Positions 47,048 to 64,000 of a stretch of 64,000 nucleotides of DNA are shown one piece after another. Position 1 is the stretch's first letter; each line of letters starts with the position of its first letter. The stretch is from the human T2T-CHM13v2.0 reference genome, Homo sapiens. The notes under the pieces were generated by a model. That model saw only the letters and a program-made list of their open reading frames with translations. It ran no database searches and had not been told where the DNA came from. The position numbers were made by a program, and so were the translations under genes. The stretch lies in the NCBI RefSeq assembly GCF_009914755.1, contig NC_060942.1; one strand, written 5' to 3'.

Positions 47048-47489
47048 TTCAAATTATCTAAACCTCTAGTTTTTTCAATCCCCTCTCTCACCCTTTTCTA
47101 AGGTAGAAAGATGGTTAAGCAAAACAAAACCCAAAAAGCAACTTGGCAGTGGGAGCTCTAATGCTAACAAACATTTATTTAGGACTCGGGATTCTATAAA
47201 TGTTTCTGTATCATGAGCTTTAAGTTCATACTACAATGCAACTGTGTGAAGTAGGCTGAGTTCATAATTTTACAGATAGGGAAATTGAACCTGCTTCTGT
47301 AAGAGCCAGGACTTAAACCCTGGTTTCTGGCACCAAATTCGGTTTCCTTCTTCCTACAAGTTGTTGATTTATCTACATATTCCAAGTTGGATGCTTTCAT
47401 TTTTACATGGAAATTTCAATGTCTACTTCAATTAGACAACACTTTCAGAGGTGTTTAATAATAACCAACACATTAATGGTAAAAAAAAA

Positions 47490-48643
47490 ATCCTTTTTGT
47501 ATTTTTGTTTGTTTTTTGTAGAGATGGGGTTTCGCCATGTTGCCCAGGCTGGTCTTGAACTCCTGAGCTCAAAGAAATCTGCTTGCTTCGGCCTCCCAGA
47601 GTGCTGGGATTAGAGGCATGAGCCACTGTGCCCGGCTGAAAATACTTTTGAAGGTAGATGCAGAGGATTTCAAAGTTAGAGACCTGAGAGGTAATTTGTA
47701 CAAGGCTTGAATCTCTCTAATGCCTTCATGCGTGGTCAACAAACAGCTGAGCACCTCCAAGGCTGGAGACCGTGATGTCATTTGAAAGAGCCCCAGTTCA
47801 TCTTTGAGTTAGTTTTGACTACTAGAAAATTATTTGTTTTAAAGCTGCCCCTTTGTAACTTGGATCAAAATTATCTGTTTTATTTTTTTTCAGGGAACTA
47901 TTTACCTGAGAGTGTGTTAACTATTTCAGCTTGTGTGCCTTAATGTTTTTTTCTTTAAGCCAATAACAAAAAAATCCTAAATTGCCACAGTACCTACTGT
48001 TTATTAAGGGTCTACAAAAGGTCAGATACTGTAATGTCCCCTTGTAGATACATTATCAGGATATCTGGTATATACATTATCTGCCAGGTATGTAAGTGGG
48101 CATTTAGAATATAAGAACAATACGTAGTATTTCTTGAGTATTTATAATAGGCCAGGAACTCTTTCAGTACCTTTTTTTTTTTGAGGCAGGGTCTTGCTCT
48201 GTTGTCCAGGCTGGTGTGCCATAGCACAAATGCAGCTCACTGCACCCTCGACCTCCTGGCCTCAGGCAATCATCCCACCTCAGCCTCCCGAGTAGCTGGG
48301 ACTACAGGTGTGTGCCCCTATGCTTGGCTAATTTTATAAATGGTAGAGACAGGGGTTTCACCATGTTGCCCAGGCTGGTTGACCTCCTGCGCTCAAGTGA
48401 TCCTCCTGCTCAGCCTCCCAAAGGGCTGGGATTATAGACATGAGCCACTACACCCAGCCTCTTTCAGTACTTTTAAAATTTATTTTTATTTTTTTAGACA
48501 TAGGATCTTGCTCTGATGTGCAGGCTGGAGTGCAGTTGTGTAATCATAGCTCACTGTAACCTCTAACTCCAGGACTCACGCAATCCTCCTGCCTTGGCCT
48601 CCCAAAGTGCTGGGATGGCAGGAATGAGCCACCACACTTGGCC
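47490..48643 (-). mobile_element. Antisense FLAM/Alu elements (47490-47636, 48172-48458, 48478-48643)
   Basis: Antisense Alu consensus. Confidence 0.9.
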
Positions 48644-49830
48644 TTCTTTTAATACTTCATATTAAATTTCATAATTCCAAGGTGTAGAGACTATAATTAT
48701 CTTCATTTTCAAGATAAGATAAATGAGACTGCACAATTGCTCTAGGTCACACAGCCAGTAAGGAACAGCTTTGGCTCTTAATCACTACCCAGAAGGCCTG
48801 AGAATATTCCAGGATGATTAAAAGAGCACAGTGCCTGCCCTCCTGGAGCTTCCAGTCTATAAGAGAAAAGGAGACAGAAATAGATACCTTCAAAGTGAGG
48901 AGGTAAAGGGAGTGTGCAAAGCAATTAGGCAGCAGAGGGAACAGGCTACTCTCATAGCCTACTCTCAGGAAGCCCAGAAGGGCTTCCTGGAAGAGCCAAC
49001 ACCTACTTAGAAGAATAAGTAGGAATAGATGAGGATGCCCAGCAGAAGGGGAGCTGGGGGAAGGTTGCTCCAGACAGAGGGCAGGGCACGAACAAAGGAA
49101 CAGAAGTCAGAGTCGGCGGGGTGTGTGCATAGAAAGGGGTGGTCTGGGATGCTAGAATAGAAGATGCTCTGAAGCCAACTGGCAGCAGGAAGCACAACTG
49201 AGTCACGGCCACCCACAAGTGCAGATGTGTTCCAGCAGTGTAAACAAGATCTACAGAAATTGCTTCCCATTTTAAATGGAGATATGGAAGTTACTATTTA
49301 AAGCAAGCCTTTCTGGAAAAAGAATATTTACACCGTGAGAAATCCAGATCGACACATTTTATGTTTTCTCAAAGTAGTTGTGTACCATTCCCATGGTCCT
49401 TCATCAGCGTCTGACTTCCCAGGATGTGTTTTCGAAACTCCCACATGTGGATGTGTGTGCATATTTGTCCTACTGCAACAACTTCCTTCCCACGGGGCAG
49501 TTCAACATTCCCACGCTGATACCACTCTGGAAGTCCAGCACACGCTTTGGCAGATGTATACCCTATGCAGACTATCACGGAGAAGCCCTTCTTTATCATT
49601 CATCCAAATGTTTTATGAGCTCATCATCCTTCTTGGACAAAAGCCAAATATTGCCACTTAACATAGTCACTATATTTTTGAAACCCAGAGACGTACTCCA
49701 GGCCATCTAGCTAGAGAAAATCCAGCATTATCCATGTTAACTGGAAATGTTAATCTGCATAACTAAAGGAAGCCAGGTGGTCAGCAGCCCCCACATCCAC
49801 AGTGCTGTGTTACTCAACAATAACAAGTTG

Positions 49831-49863
49831 TATATAAATTGGTTTCCATGGTTTGTTCATCTC
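49831..49863 (+). promoter_or_regulatory. Candidate TATA box and initiator for OACYLP
   Basis: TATATAAA at 49831-49838 and TTCATCT Inr-like motif (A at 49859) at canonical spacing, ~160 nt upstream of the ATG. Confidence 0.4.
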
Positions 49864-50019
49864 GGCCGCTTTGCAGGTGGCTGGGAGACGCAGCTTGTCT
49901 CTCTGCCTGTTAAGGAGCGAGCATGTCCCATTTACCCGCGACATATTATACACCAGTGTTTCATAAATATCAGGCTGTTTGTCAAAGACGTGAGGCTTAT
50001 CCTAACAGGTTAGGAGACA

Positions 50020-50170
50020 ATGATGAGCCTGACTCTACTATTTTGCCTGCTGTCTTTTCAATTTCCTTTTGTTTTTCCTGCAAGAAACATCTCTCTGAAG
50101 TGCGTGCAAGATACTGATGAATTCCTTTCCGATCTGAATTCAGTGAAGCCCAAAGAATACGCTCTAAGAA
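50020..50170 (+). pseudogene. OACYLP: First coding exon of the O-acyltransferase-like (OACYL/NRF-6 family) locus, a pseudogene in human
   Basis: acaATGa start. [50 protein letters not shown] then A|gtaagt donor. Hydrophobic signal peptide, NIS sequon, and a close match to the recalled mouse Oacyl N-terminus ([30 protein letters not shown]). Position downstream of ZNF532 fits known synteny. Confidence 0.85.
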
Positions 50171-50421
50171 GTAAGTAGGTTTCCCTGGCCCATTGTGTAG
50201 GTGAACACGTGTAGGTGAACACAGGGCAGTGGAGGTTTGTGCTGGGAGCATTCTAGACAAACTCTTGAGAATTAAAGACACAGAACCAGAAAGGAAAGAG
50301 AAGATGAGCCTTAATTTGCATTTTGCCAGGAATCAAAGAGGGAGGAGAATTTTTAGCGTAGGAGGCTCTACCGTCAGTCTAGCCAGAAGAATCTCACGAA
50401 GACCAACCTCTTAAGATGAGA

Positions 50422-51110
<689 letters not shown>

Positions 51111-52490
51111 TTAGTTTGCTTTTAGTAATGAGTTGCTTCCTTATTTGGGGAAAAAGTCTTGCCCATTCTGTGCTTGATAGTAAATGCTAAGGAGTGTGTT
51201 GGTAAATGCACGGGCTCAAGCTGGAAGGAGTGAGACTGTAGCCACGCCTCTTGGCATGTGATATAGATGGACTTCGGATGGTCAGAAGTTTATTATTAGT
51301 ATTTCCCAAAATCATTCCCACAACTAAAGAGACACATACTTTCCTGCCGGAAAGGGACAAAAAAATCAGATGTGTTTTCATTGGGGTAACCTCTTTTTCA
51401 GAAGAATGATTCATAGTTGATGCTGATGGAAACCACTAACAAGGAAAAATGTAAAAACTTGCTTTTTCCAAAGCCAGACAAATGAACATAGCAATTTCCA
51501 TTCACATTTTGAATGCATGACTAATGTACTTTGTATTGAAAAATGCTTAGTAGCATAATATCCATCATAAAGGTAATCAAAAGCTTTCATCTGATATTTT
51601 GTAATTCAAAATAGCACATAATTTGAAGCAGTTGCCATTCTACATGGGATTAGATGTCTGGATACTTAATGAAATAGCGAGAGAATACAAATCCAATTGA
51701 TTTACTAGCCATCTTCTTCAAGTCCCATTTTGAAATTGATTGTGTTTTGCTACAACACTTGGTGATGTTGACAGGGAACATTCTGACAAACTGGGGCCAA
51801 ATAAGCGGGCCAAGAAAATCCAGAAGGTGCCATGGCTGGCTCAGATTCCTGGTGATGAGGTGGTGGCACATATTGTCATCATTAGTCACAGCCATGTTAA
51901 TGCTATATTTGCCTTGTAAGTTGCTCTAGTCATGCACTAACCTTGTTCCATCTGTAGGAGCCTGAAAATTGAAAATCTTGTAAGTTAAAAAGATACCTCC
52001 AAGATAAATGGTTTGGGAAAGAATTGAATGATTTATCTAAGTGGATAGATGACTTAATTTATTTTAACAGATGAATACAATAATCGGTAGTTTTTTAAAC
52101 TGATTTTCATTCTAATGTACCGGAAAATACTTGGCGTTGTTGCTCTGACATTTCGCCTGAGATTTTTGAGCACAGCATGTCGTTCTGACCTTAGTTCTCA
52201 GCTTGGTTTTCCTGGCAGTCATGCAGATGGAAAAAGAATAAGAGTCACTGGTGAGAGTACTTTTATACGGCAGGCATCATTCCGAGGCTTGGACGGGAGC
52301 GGTGCCATTTAGTTCTAGCAGCCACTATGCGGGGGAGGACAGTGTTAGTATCATCTCTTTTATAAAAGAGGAAATGGAGCCACAGAAATGCAAAGTATCC
52401 TGCCTGCAGTGGTAGAAATAGGATTTGAGCTCACATCGTCCGATTCCTGAGTCTGCACTTTTAATTGTTGAATAAAATAAGCAACAACAG

Positions 52491-55023
<2,533 letters not shown>

Positions 55024-55439
55024 TTAACCACCATGGAATGAGCTGCCCTTCCTCTTTCTTCATACTTATCTATTTCTATTGTAATTCTGGGTCGGGTCCC
55101 CTGTCTGGGCTGTCCTTCTATGCTGATAATTGGTCTCTTTTCTCCTTCTCTTTCTCTCTCTGCCTGACCCCCTGAACCTTCCCACAGGCACTTTGTTCCT
55201 TTCCTCATTGTACTTCTCTTGTAAACGAATCCAGGTTTAGAGACAGGATACTAAGCAGTGGAAATTGTGCTAGGCTGGCAATGGTAAGGCCTGGGACCGC
55301 CTCCTGCTTAGGCCAATCACCAGCTGTGTGGCCACATCATCTTGCTTAACACTTCACCTTTAACAAGGTTCCTCACCTGTAAATGGCCAGGCTGTGTCCT
55401 CAATTCTGGAAATCTACAGCAACTTTAAGAAATTCCAAC

Positions 55440-55507
55440 CAAACCCTCATGACACATAGTTTACCTATAACAAACCTGCACATATACCTAGAACCTAAAA
55501 TTTAAAA
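55440..55507 (+). mobile_element. Extremely 5'-truncated L1 3' end
   Basis: catgacacatagtttacctataacaaacctgcacat...gaacctaaaa plus A-tail; TSD aagRaattccaac at 55427 and 55508. Confidence 0.8.
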
Positions 55508-55529
55508 AAGGAATTCCAACTCCTAAGCC

Positions 55530-56900
<1,371 letters not shown>

Positions 56901-56904
56901 TGTG

Positions 56905-58095
56905 TATGTTATGGGCTGAATTGTGTTTCCCTCAAATTTGTATGTTTAAGTCCCAGTATGTCAGGATGGGATTCTCTTTGGAGACAGGGTTTTTAAAGAG
57001 ATAATTGGGCCAGACGCAGTGATTCACGCCTGAAATCCCAGCTCTTTGGGAGGCCGAGGTGGGCGGATTGCTTGAGCCCAGGAGTTCAAGACCAGCCTGG
57101 GCAACAAGGCGAAACTATCTCTACACAAAATACAAAAAATTAGCTGGGCATGGTGGCACATGCATGTAATCTCGGCTACCCAGGTGTCTAAGGTAGGAGG
57201 ATCACCTGAGCCTGGGAGTTCGAGGCTACAGTGAGCTGTGATTATGGCACTGTAGTCCAGCCTGGGTGACAGAGTAAGACTCTGTCTCAAAAAAAAAAAA
57301 AAAAAAAAAAGAGAGATTGATTATTAAGCCCAAATGAGATGAGTTGGGGTGGGGGTTGTTTTAATCAATAACTGGTACCCTTATAAGAAAAGGAGCTTGG
57401 GACATAGACATGCCTGGAGGAAAGACCACATGGGGACACAAGAAGGCGGTCTCCTAGAGGACAAGGAGAGAGGCCTCAGAAGCAGCCAACCCTGCCAGTG
57501 CCTTGATCTCAGGCATACAGCCTCCAGAACTGGGACAAATGAATTCCTGTTGTTTAAACCACCCCGTCTGTGGTACTTCATTATGGCAGCCCTAGCGAAC
57601 GAATCCAATGTCCCGCATGGTTTTTATATCAGTGTAATCGATACTAATCCCCACCTGGTGAGTGTTATAGGTTGAATGTGTCTCCCCAAAAGATATGTTG
57701 AAACCATAACCCCCTGGTTCTTGTGAATGTTAAGTTACTTGGAAATAAGGTCTTTGCAGATATGTAAGAGGAGGTAATACTAGATTAGGGTACGCCCTAA
57801 TCCCATTATTGGTGTCCTTATAAGAGGGAAATTTGGACACAGACACAGAGGGAGAACATTCCACAAGGATGGAGAAGAGATTGGGGTGATGCCTCCTGGC
57901 CTAGGGCTGCTGGCAACTTCTAGAAGCTAGGAGAGCATGGAACTGGTTCTTCCTTGGAGCCTCCGAAGGGAACCAATGCTGCTCAGCCCTTGATTTCAGA
58001 TTTCTAGTCCCCAGAACTGTGAGATAATACATCTCTGTTGTTTTAAGCCACCCAGTTCATGGAAAATTCTGAAGACAGCACTAGCAAACTAATAC
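56905..58095 (+). mobile_element. Two MLT1 (MaLR) LTRs, the first split by an Alu (57007-57310)
   Basis: tgttatgggctgaattgtgt / tgttataggttgaatgtgtc starts; cagcctccagaactg...ctgttgtttaa...gcagccctagc ends. Confidence 0.85.
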
Positions 58096-58250
58096 AAAGA
58101 ACTGTGTATTAACGCCTCTCAAATGCACCCTAAAATCAAAAGCATGCATTTATCATCCAGAACGGGGGGAGGGGGGAGAGGAGGCGGGAAAGCAAAGCAC
58201 TGTGTCTCAGGTAGGTCCAGGGACTCATTTTCCTTGAGACGTAGCAGAGC

Positions 58251-58547
58251 TTTTTTTTTTTTTGAGGCATCTCATTCTGTTGCCAGGCTAGAGTGCAGTT
58301 GCATGGTCTCAGGTCACTGCAACCTCTACCTCACCAGTTCAAGTGATTCTCCTGCCTCAGCCTCCCAAGTAAGCTGGGACTACAGGTACACACAACCACA
58401 CCTGGCTCATTTTTGTATTTTTTCTAGTAGAGGTGGGGTTTTGCCATGTTGGCCAGGCTGGTCTTGAACTCCTGACCTCAGGTGATCTGCCTGCCTTGGC
58501 CTCCCAGCGTGCTGGGATTACAGGTGTGAGCCACCGTGCCTCGCCCC
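58251..58547 (-). mobile_element. Alu
   Basis: Antisense consensus. Confidence 0.93.
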
Positions 58548-59320
58548 AGAGCATTTTCTTAAAGTGCAATGGGCCCATGTGTGTCTACAGCAGAGGACTT
58601 GCCAGGGAAGCTACTGATGTGGAATTATAACTTCGCTGGGCAGATCCTGGCTCCTCCCCAGGCTTCATGTGATTGCTGCATTTTGCTGCACTTGATTCCT
58701 CTGGGACAGAATGAGGAGGGAGGAAGGGAGGCCTCTGGATCCCAAGCAGCCTGCAGGGCTTTTCATTTCCTGTTTCTCTAATCTCATCACATTCTTGAAA
58801 TTGTCCCCAAGCAGCTACTTTTGCTCTGAGACTTTCTTAACCCTTCAAGTCCCTCTTCCCTGGTTCCTATACCAAGCCCTGATGGCCAGGGCACTGAGCT
58901 TCCTACTCAGGTCACTTGCTCCCTTTGGCTTCCTCGTTTCCCTCCCGGAATGCTTATTTCATGTTTCTTGTCCGTGTGCCTCACCTTCTTTCCTGGAAGC
59001 CAAGGCCACGGCTGATGCCTTGTCGGAGGCAGGGGTCTGCAGGCAGACACTGAATGGACCAGCACCCATCATGGGCCCCTGGCCGAGCCTGGCTCCCCTG
59101 TCACCAGGGCAGGTCTGGTCATCTTGATTTTCAGTCTCTGAATGTTGCCTCTTTTCCCACCCAGCTGTTAGTCTGGAGGGCATTTTACTCAAGGCCTGAC
59201 CCTCTCCTGGTGCTAGAGCAAGGGACAGAAAAGATGCTGAAATGAAGCAAATGTTAAAATAAAGGGTGAAACTGGGCTTCACTGAAATTCCGGGTTCACT
59301 GGATACCAAATATCCATGCT

Positions 59321-60080
<760 letters not shown>

Positions 60081-61122
60081 ATGCTATTCTTGTTCTTTTG
60101 GTCTAAGGTTAATAGCTGACCAGACACAAGGGGGACTGCCAGGAAGTGTCTGCTAAGAGCCTGTCTTGGGAACTAGGCTGTGAAATGGAGGGCACATTCA
60201 GCTCTTTCTTTTACCGCAAGGAAATCTCTGGCACCAGATAGTTAGCATTTTACTGTATGCCCTGTATCATCAACTATAAGGCAAGGACTATTCTCGTTTT
60301 TAAAAATCTCCAGTGTAACAGCAATCTGGTAGGTGCTCAATAAAAGCTTCAAGGTCATAATTCCTTTCAGGATTTGTTTCTGGCCTGGCATTCCAGAAGC
60401 TTCCACTGCTTTCAACTTCATGATGTCAATGCATCATATTTAAAAACTTAAGACTGTAGACCAAGGTCTCCTTTTTCCTCTATTCAAACCCAGAAATTAA
60501 TCAGCTGTGCATTTTAATATCCACATTTCATTGCCACCAAGCGAGAAAGAAAATTTGCCTGCCAATTAGCACAGAATTGAAACAAGTTGTTTTTAATCTT
60601 TTGAAAATGAAACTTGGAACAACTGCCATATGATTTGACGTAGCAAGTGCGATTAATCATTCATTTATCCTATTTCTCCCTCCAATGACAATCAGAATGT
60701 ATTTTGATTTGGAGGGTGCCTGTGCCCTGGCATCTCTTAGGTTCTTGACAGAAGCTAATTAAGGATTAGTTTGGAAAAGGGCAACTTGTCCATTTGAATT
60801 CATACTCAGAAAGGAAGCAAATGCAATTTGAAAATTTGCGTAGCAAATGATATGAGCTCAGCTAGACAATCACAAATGCAATCAGTTTAGAAAGCAAATA
60901 CCAAGTGGAAAGAAAACAAGAATTTAATCTTCTCAAATGAAGAATGGGATATTCTTCATGTGCCCTTCAGGATTTACCTAAGGAGGGAGACAGCCTCAGT
61001 TTTGACATCTCTTTTGTCTCCTTCAAGGTTTATGGTTCCAGACCCTTTCTTACACTTTAGGCTACAGAGTTGGGGCTACTCTGTGACGGAATAGGGGATT
61101 TGAAAATCATTTAGTGTGTTAC

Positions 61123-61414
61123 AGGCCGGGCATGGTGGCTCATGCCTGTAACCCCAGCACTTTGAGAGGCCGAGGCAGGTGGATCATTTGAGGTCAGGAG
61201 TTTGACACCAGCCTGGCCAAGATGGTGAAACCTCATCTCTACTAAAAATACAAAAATTAACTGGATGTGGTGGTGCACGTCTGTAATCCCAGCTACTTGG
61301 GAGGCTGAAGCACGAGAGTCGCTTGAACCCAGAAGTGGAGGCTGCAGTGAGCCCAGATGGTGCCACTGCACTCCAGCCTGGGTGACAAGATTCTGTCTCA
61401 AAAAAAAAAAAAAA
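61123..61414 (+). mobile_element. Alu (S-type)
   Basis: Sense consensus; ttagt(g/c)tgttaca on both flanks. Confidence 0.95.
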
Positions 61415-61539
61415 TTTAGTCTGTTACAGTAAATGCACCCAGTTTTTTTTTTGTTATTGTTTTGTTTTCCTGACACAAGGAGGACTTCAAAATGTCTCTG
61501 TGGAGCTGGATTTTGGGCATTTGAAGTTAGACTTTTTTA

Positions 61540-62040
61540 AGTTTAATTTGATTCAGCAAATGTTCACTGAGCTCCTGCCCTGAGAGATACATGAAGACAT
61601 AGCGCCTCCTCCCTCCCCTCACCATGGGAGACAGACAGGTACACAATGACAACATACCTTTAAATGTGATATGTAAGCAAGAATCTGGAATGCTTCTTAG
61701 GGAAGAACATCCTTCAGCCTAGACTTAAAGGATGACTCAACATTTGCCAGGCAGATGGAAAGGAGGAACATTCCAAGCTTAAAGACAGTATCGCCTGGTG
61801 CGTTCTGTATCTCGGAGCAGAGGAAATGAGCGTGGGTTGGGAGGACGAGACCAGAGGGGCAAGCCAGGTTACGAAGGGCCTTTTAAACCACACTCAGGAG
61901 TCTGGAATTAATCCTAAAAGTCAGAGCAGGCAAGCCTGGCTGCTCATTAAAATCACCTGGGACATTTTGAAAAACAATTAAAGCTCAAGCCTCACCCCTG
62001 ACCAATTAAGTCATTCTTTGCGGGGGTGGAGCCTGGGCGT

Positions 62041-62082
<42 letters not shown>

Positions 62083-62320
62083 GTCTCAGGTGATTTGAAT
62101 GCCTACTAGAATTCCCACCAGAGCTGAGAATCACAGCCCTAGCTAACCGGTCTGCAAAGTTTTTCCCTAAAGGGCCTGATAGGGTCTCTCTTACAGCTAC
62201 TCCACCCTGCCATTTTGTGCGAGAGCAGCCCTGACAATATGTAAACGAATGAGCAAGGCCATATTAAAAATAAACTTTTCTTAAAAGACAAGCAGGGTTA
62301 TAGTTGGCCAACCCCTACTC
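61540..62320. mobile_element. L2, MER5-like (with T36 tract at 62044-62079) and MER58-like remnants
   Basis: attcagcaaatgttcactgagc (L2), cattaaaatcacctggg (MER5), ggtctgcaaagtttttcc (MER58). Confidence 0.6.
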
Positions 62321-62609
62321 TAGATGATGGGACGCCATTAAGAATTTAAGAAGTATATTGATTCAAAATTTTTTACAGATTATTACATGAATAATACATG
62401 AATTTGTTCACACTGTAAATGAATCTAAATAATGCAGACAAAGTTCAAGGCCTTTTTATTCCCTCATTCAAATACCAATCCCTTTCCTAGATGATAAGTG
62501 TTATCAATGAGGTATAAATTTTTCTAGAATTTTCTCCTTCCTCTTTTTGGTATGTACTAGAAAGACATAATTTTGTTTTGTAAGTTTAAAAAATATATTT
62601 ATTGTTTTT

Positions 62610-62882
62610 GCCAGGCACGGTGGCCTGTAATCCGGCACTTTGGGAGGCCAAGGTGGGAGGATCACTTGAGTCCGGGAGTTCGAGATCAGCCTGGGCAACA
62701 TAATATATAGACCCTGTCTATACAAAAATTAAAAAACAAAATTAGCTGGGTATAGTGGTGTGTGCCTGTAGTCGTAGCGACTCAGGAGGCTGAGGTGGAA
62801 GGATCGCTTAAGCCTGGGAGGTCAAGGCTGTAGTGAGCTGAGATCATACCACTGCACTCTAGCCTGGGTGACAGAGTAATGT

Positions 62883-62915
<33 letters not shown>

Positions 62916-63036
62916 GTGTGTGTGTATATATATGTATATATATGTGTGTATATGTGTATATATGTGTGTATATATGTACACATATATGTATATATACATA
63001 TATACACACATATATATACACACACATATATATATG
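62610..63036 (+). repeat. AluJ-type element followed by compound (CT)/(TA)/(TG)/(CA) microsatellite (62883-63036)
   Basis: Direct observation. Confidence 0.92.
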
Positions 63037-63538
63037 TAGGACACAGTCTGTGTCCAATTCTTTTTGCCATTACAAGAATTACTGCCACAAGCATCTTGCA
63101 ATGTGTGCTCATGTGTGTATCCCTGGGGCAGATTCTGAGATGTTGACTTGCTGGGTCACTGTGCCTAGCAGTTAGAAAGGAGTCTTTGGTTAAACCCCAG
63201 ACACTGACTCTGGCAAACTTCAACATAAAAGAAAGCTATTGGCGGAGTATGGGGCAGCTCAGAGGAGGGAGGGAAAGGCCAAAGACCTGCTTCCTGGCAG
63301 ATGAGTGGAGCCCAAGCTTGGCTTTGGGCCCTGTCTAACTTCACTAAAGTCCTGGCAGAGGGTTGACCTTGTGTCACAGTGATGAGAAGTAAGGCTGGGT
63401 GTGGCTTCCAGGGATCCCTTTGGGCTCTGTAATGAGAGGACAGAGCACCTTGATTTTTTGGTCAAGATTGTGCACAGTTGGGGAGTGGTATTCTCTAAAA
63501 GAAAATCTAGTTGCTTACTAAGAAGAGAATGGCTTCTA

Positions 63539-64000
<462 letters not shown>

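Noticed and set aside
51747-51929. ORF containing LTGN, superficially like Oacyl exon 2 (..NVLTGNVDRLG..)
   Set aside because: Only four residues match, with no YDSxGK motif and no phase-1 acceptor.
58711-59127. 138-aa ORF with hydrophobic stretch and CRQTLNG, reminiscent of the acyltransferase-3 'LNGIR' motif
   Set aside because: Lacks the following IRxLSxxWVIxGH, has no exon boundaries, and is out of order for the gene.

Overview
Mammalian (human-like, Alu-rich) genomic DNA, not prokaryotic. The + strand carries the last five coding exons (1371-1533, 6824-7105, 32349-32461, 34764-34911, 37266-37760) and a ~2 kb 3'UTR of the C2H2 zinc-finger gene ZNF532 (human 18q21.32, from recall). Splice phases join into one open frame ending ...KSKRMSSAEK*. 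About 10 kb downstream is a 151-nt coding exon (50020-50170), missed by the ORF track, that encodes a signal peptide plus the start of an NRF-6-type domain; it is the first coding exon of the O-acyltransferase-like locus (OACYLP, functional Oacyl in mouse). The rest is intron or intergenic DNA dominated by about 40 Alu/FLAM elements, L1/L2/MIR remnants, MaLR and MER4 LTRs and DNA-transposon fossils. Nearly all other ORFs in the track are Alu or chance frames. The best leads are a candidate 19-nt frameshifting microexon in ZNF532 (7330-7348) with SRRM4/RBFOX-type motifs, the intact OACYL first exon with a TATA/Inr, a possible alternative last exon, and an Alu with micro-inversions at both ends. 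Repeat boundaries and subfamilies were read by eye and are approximate.
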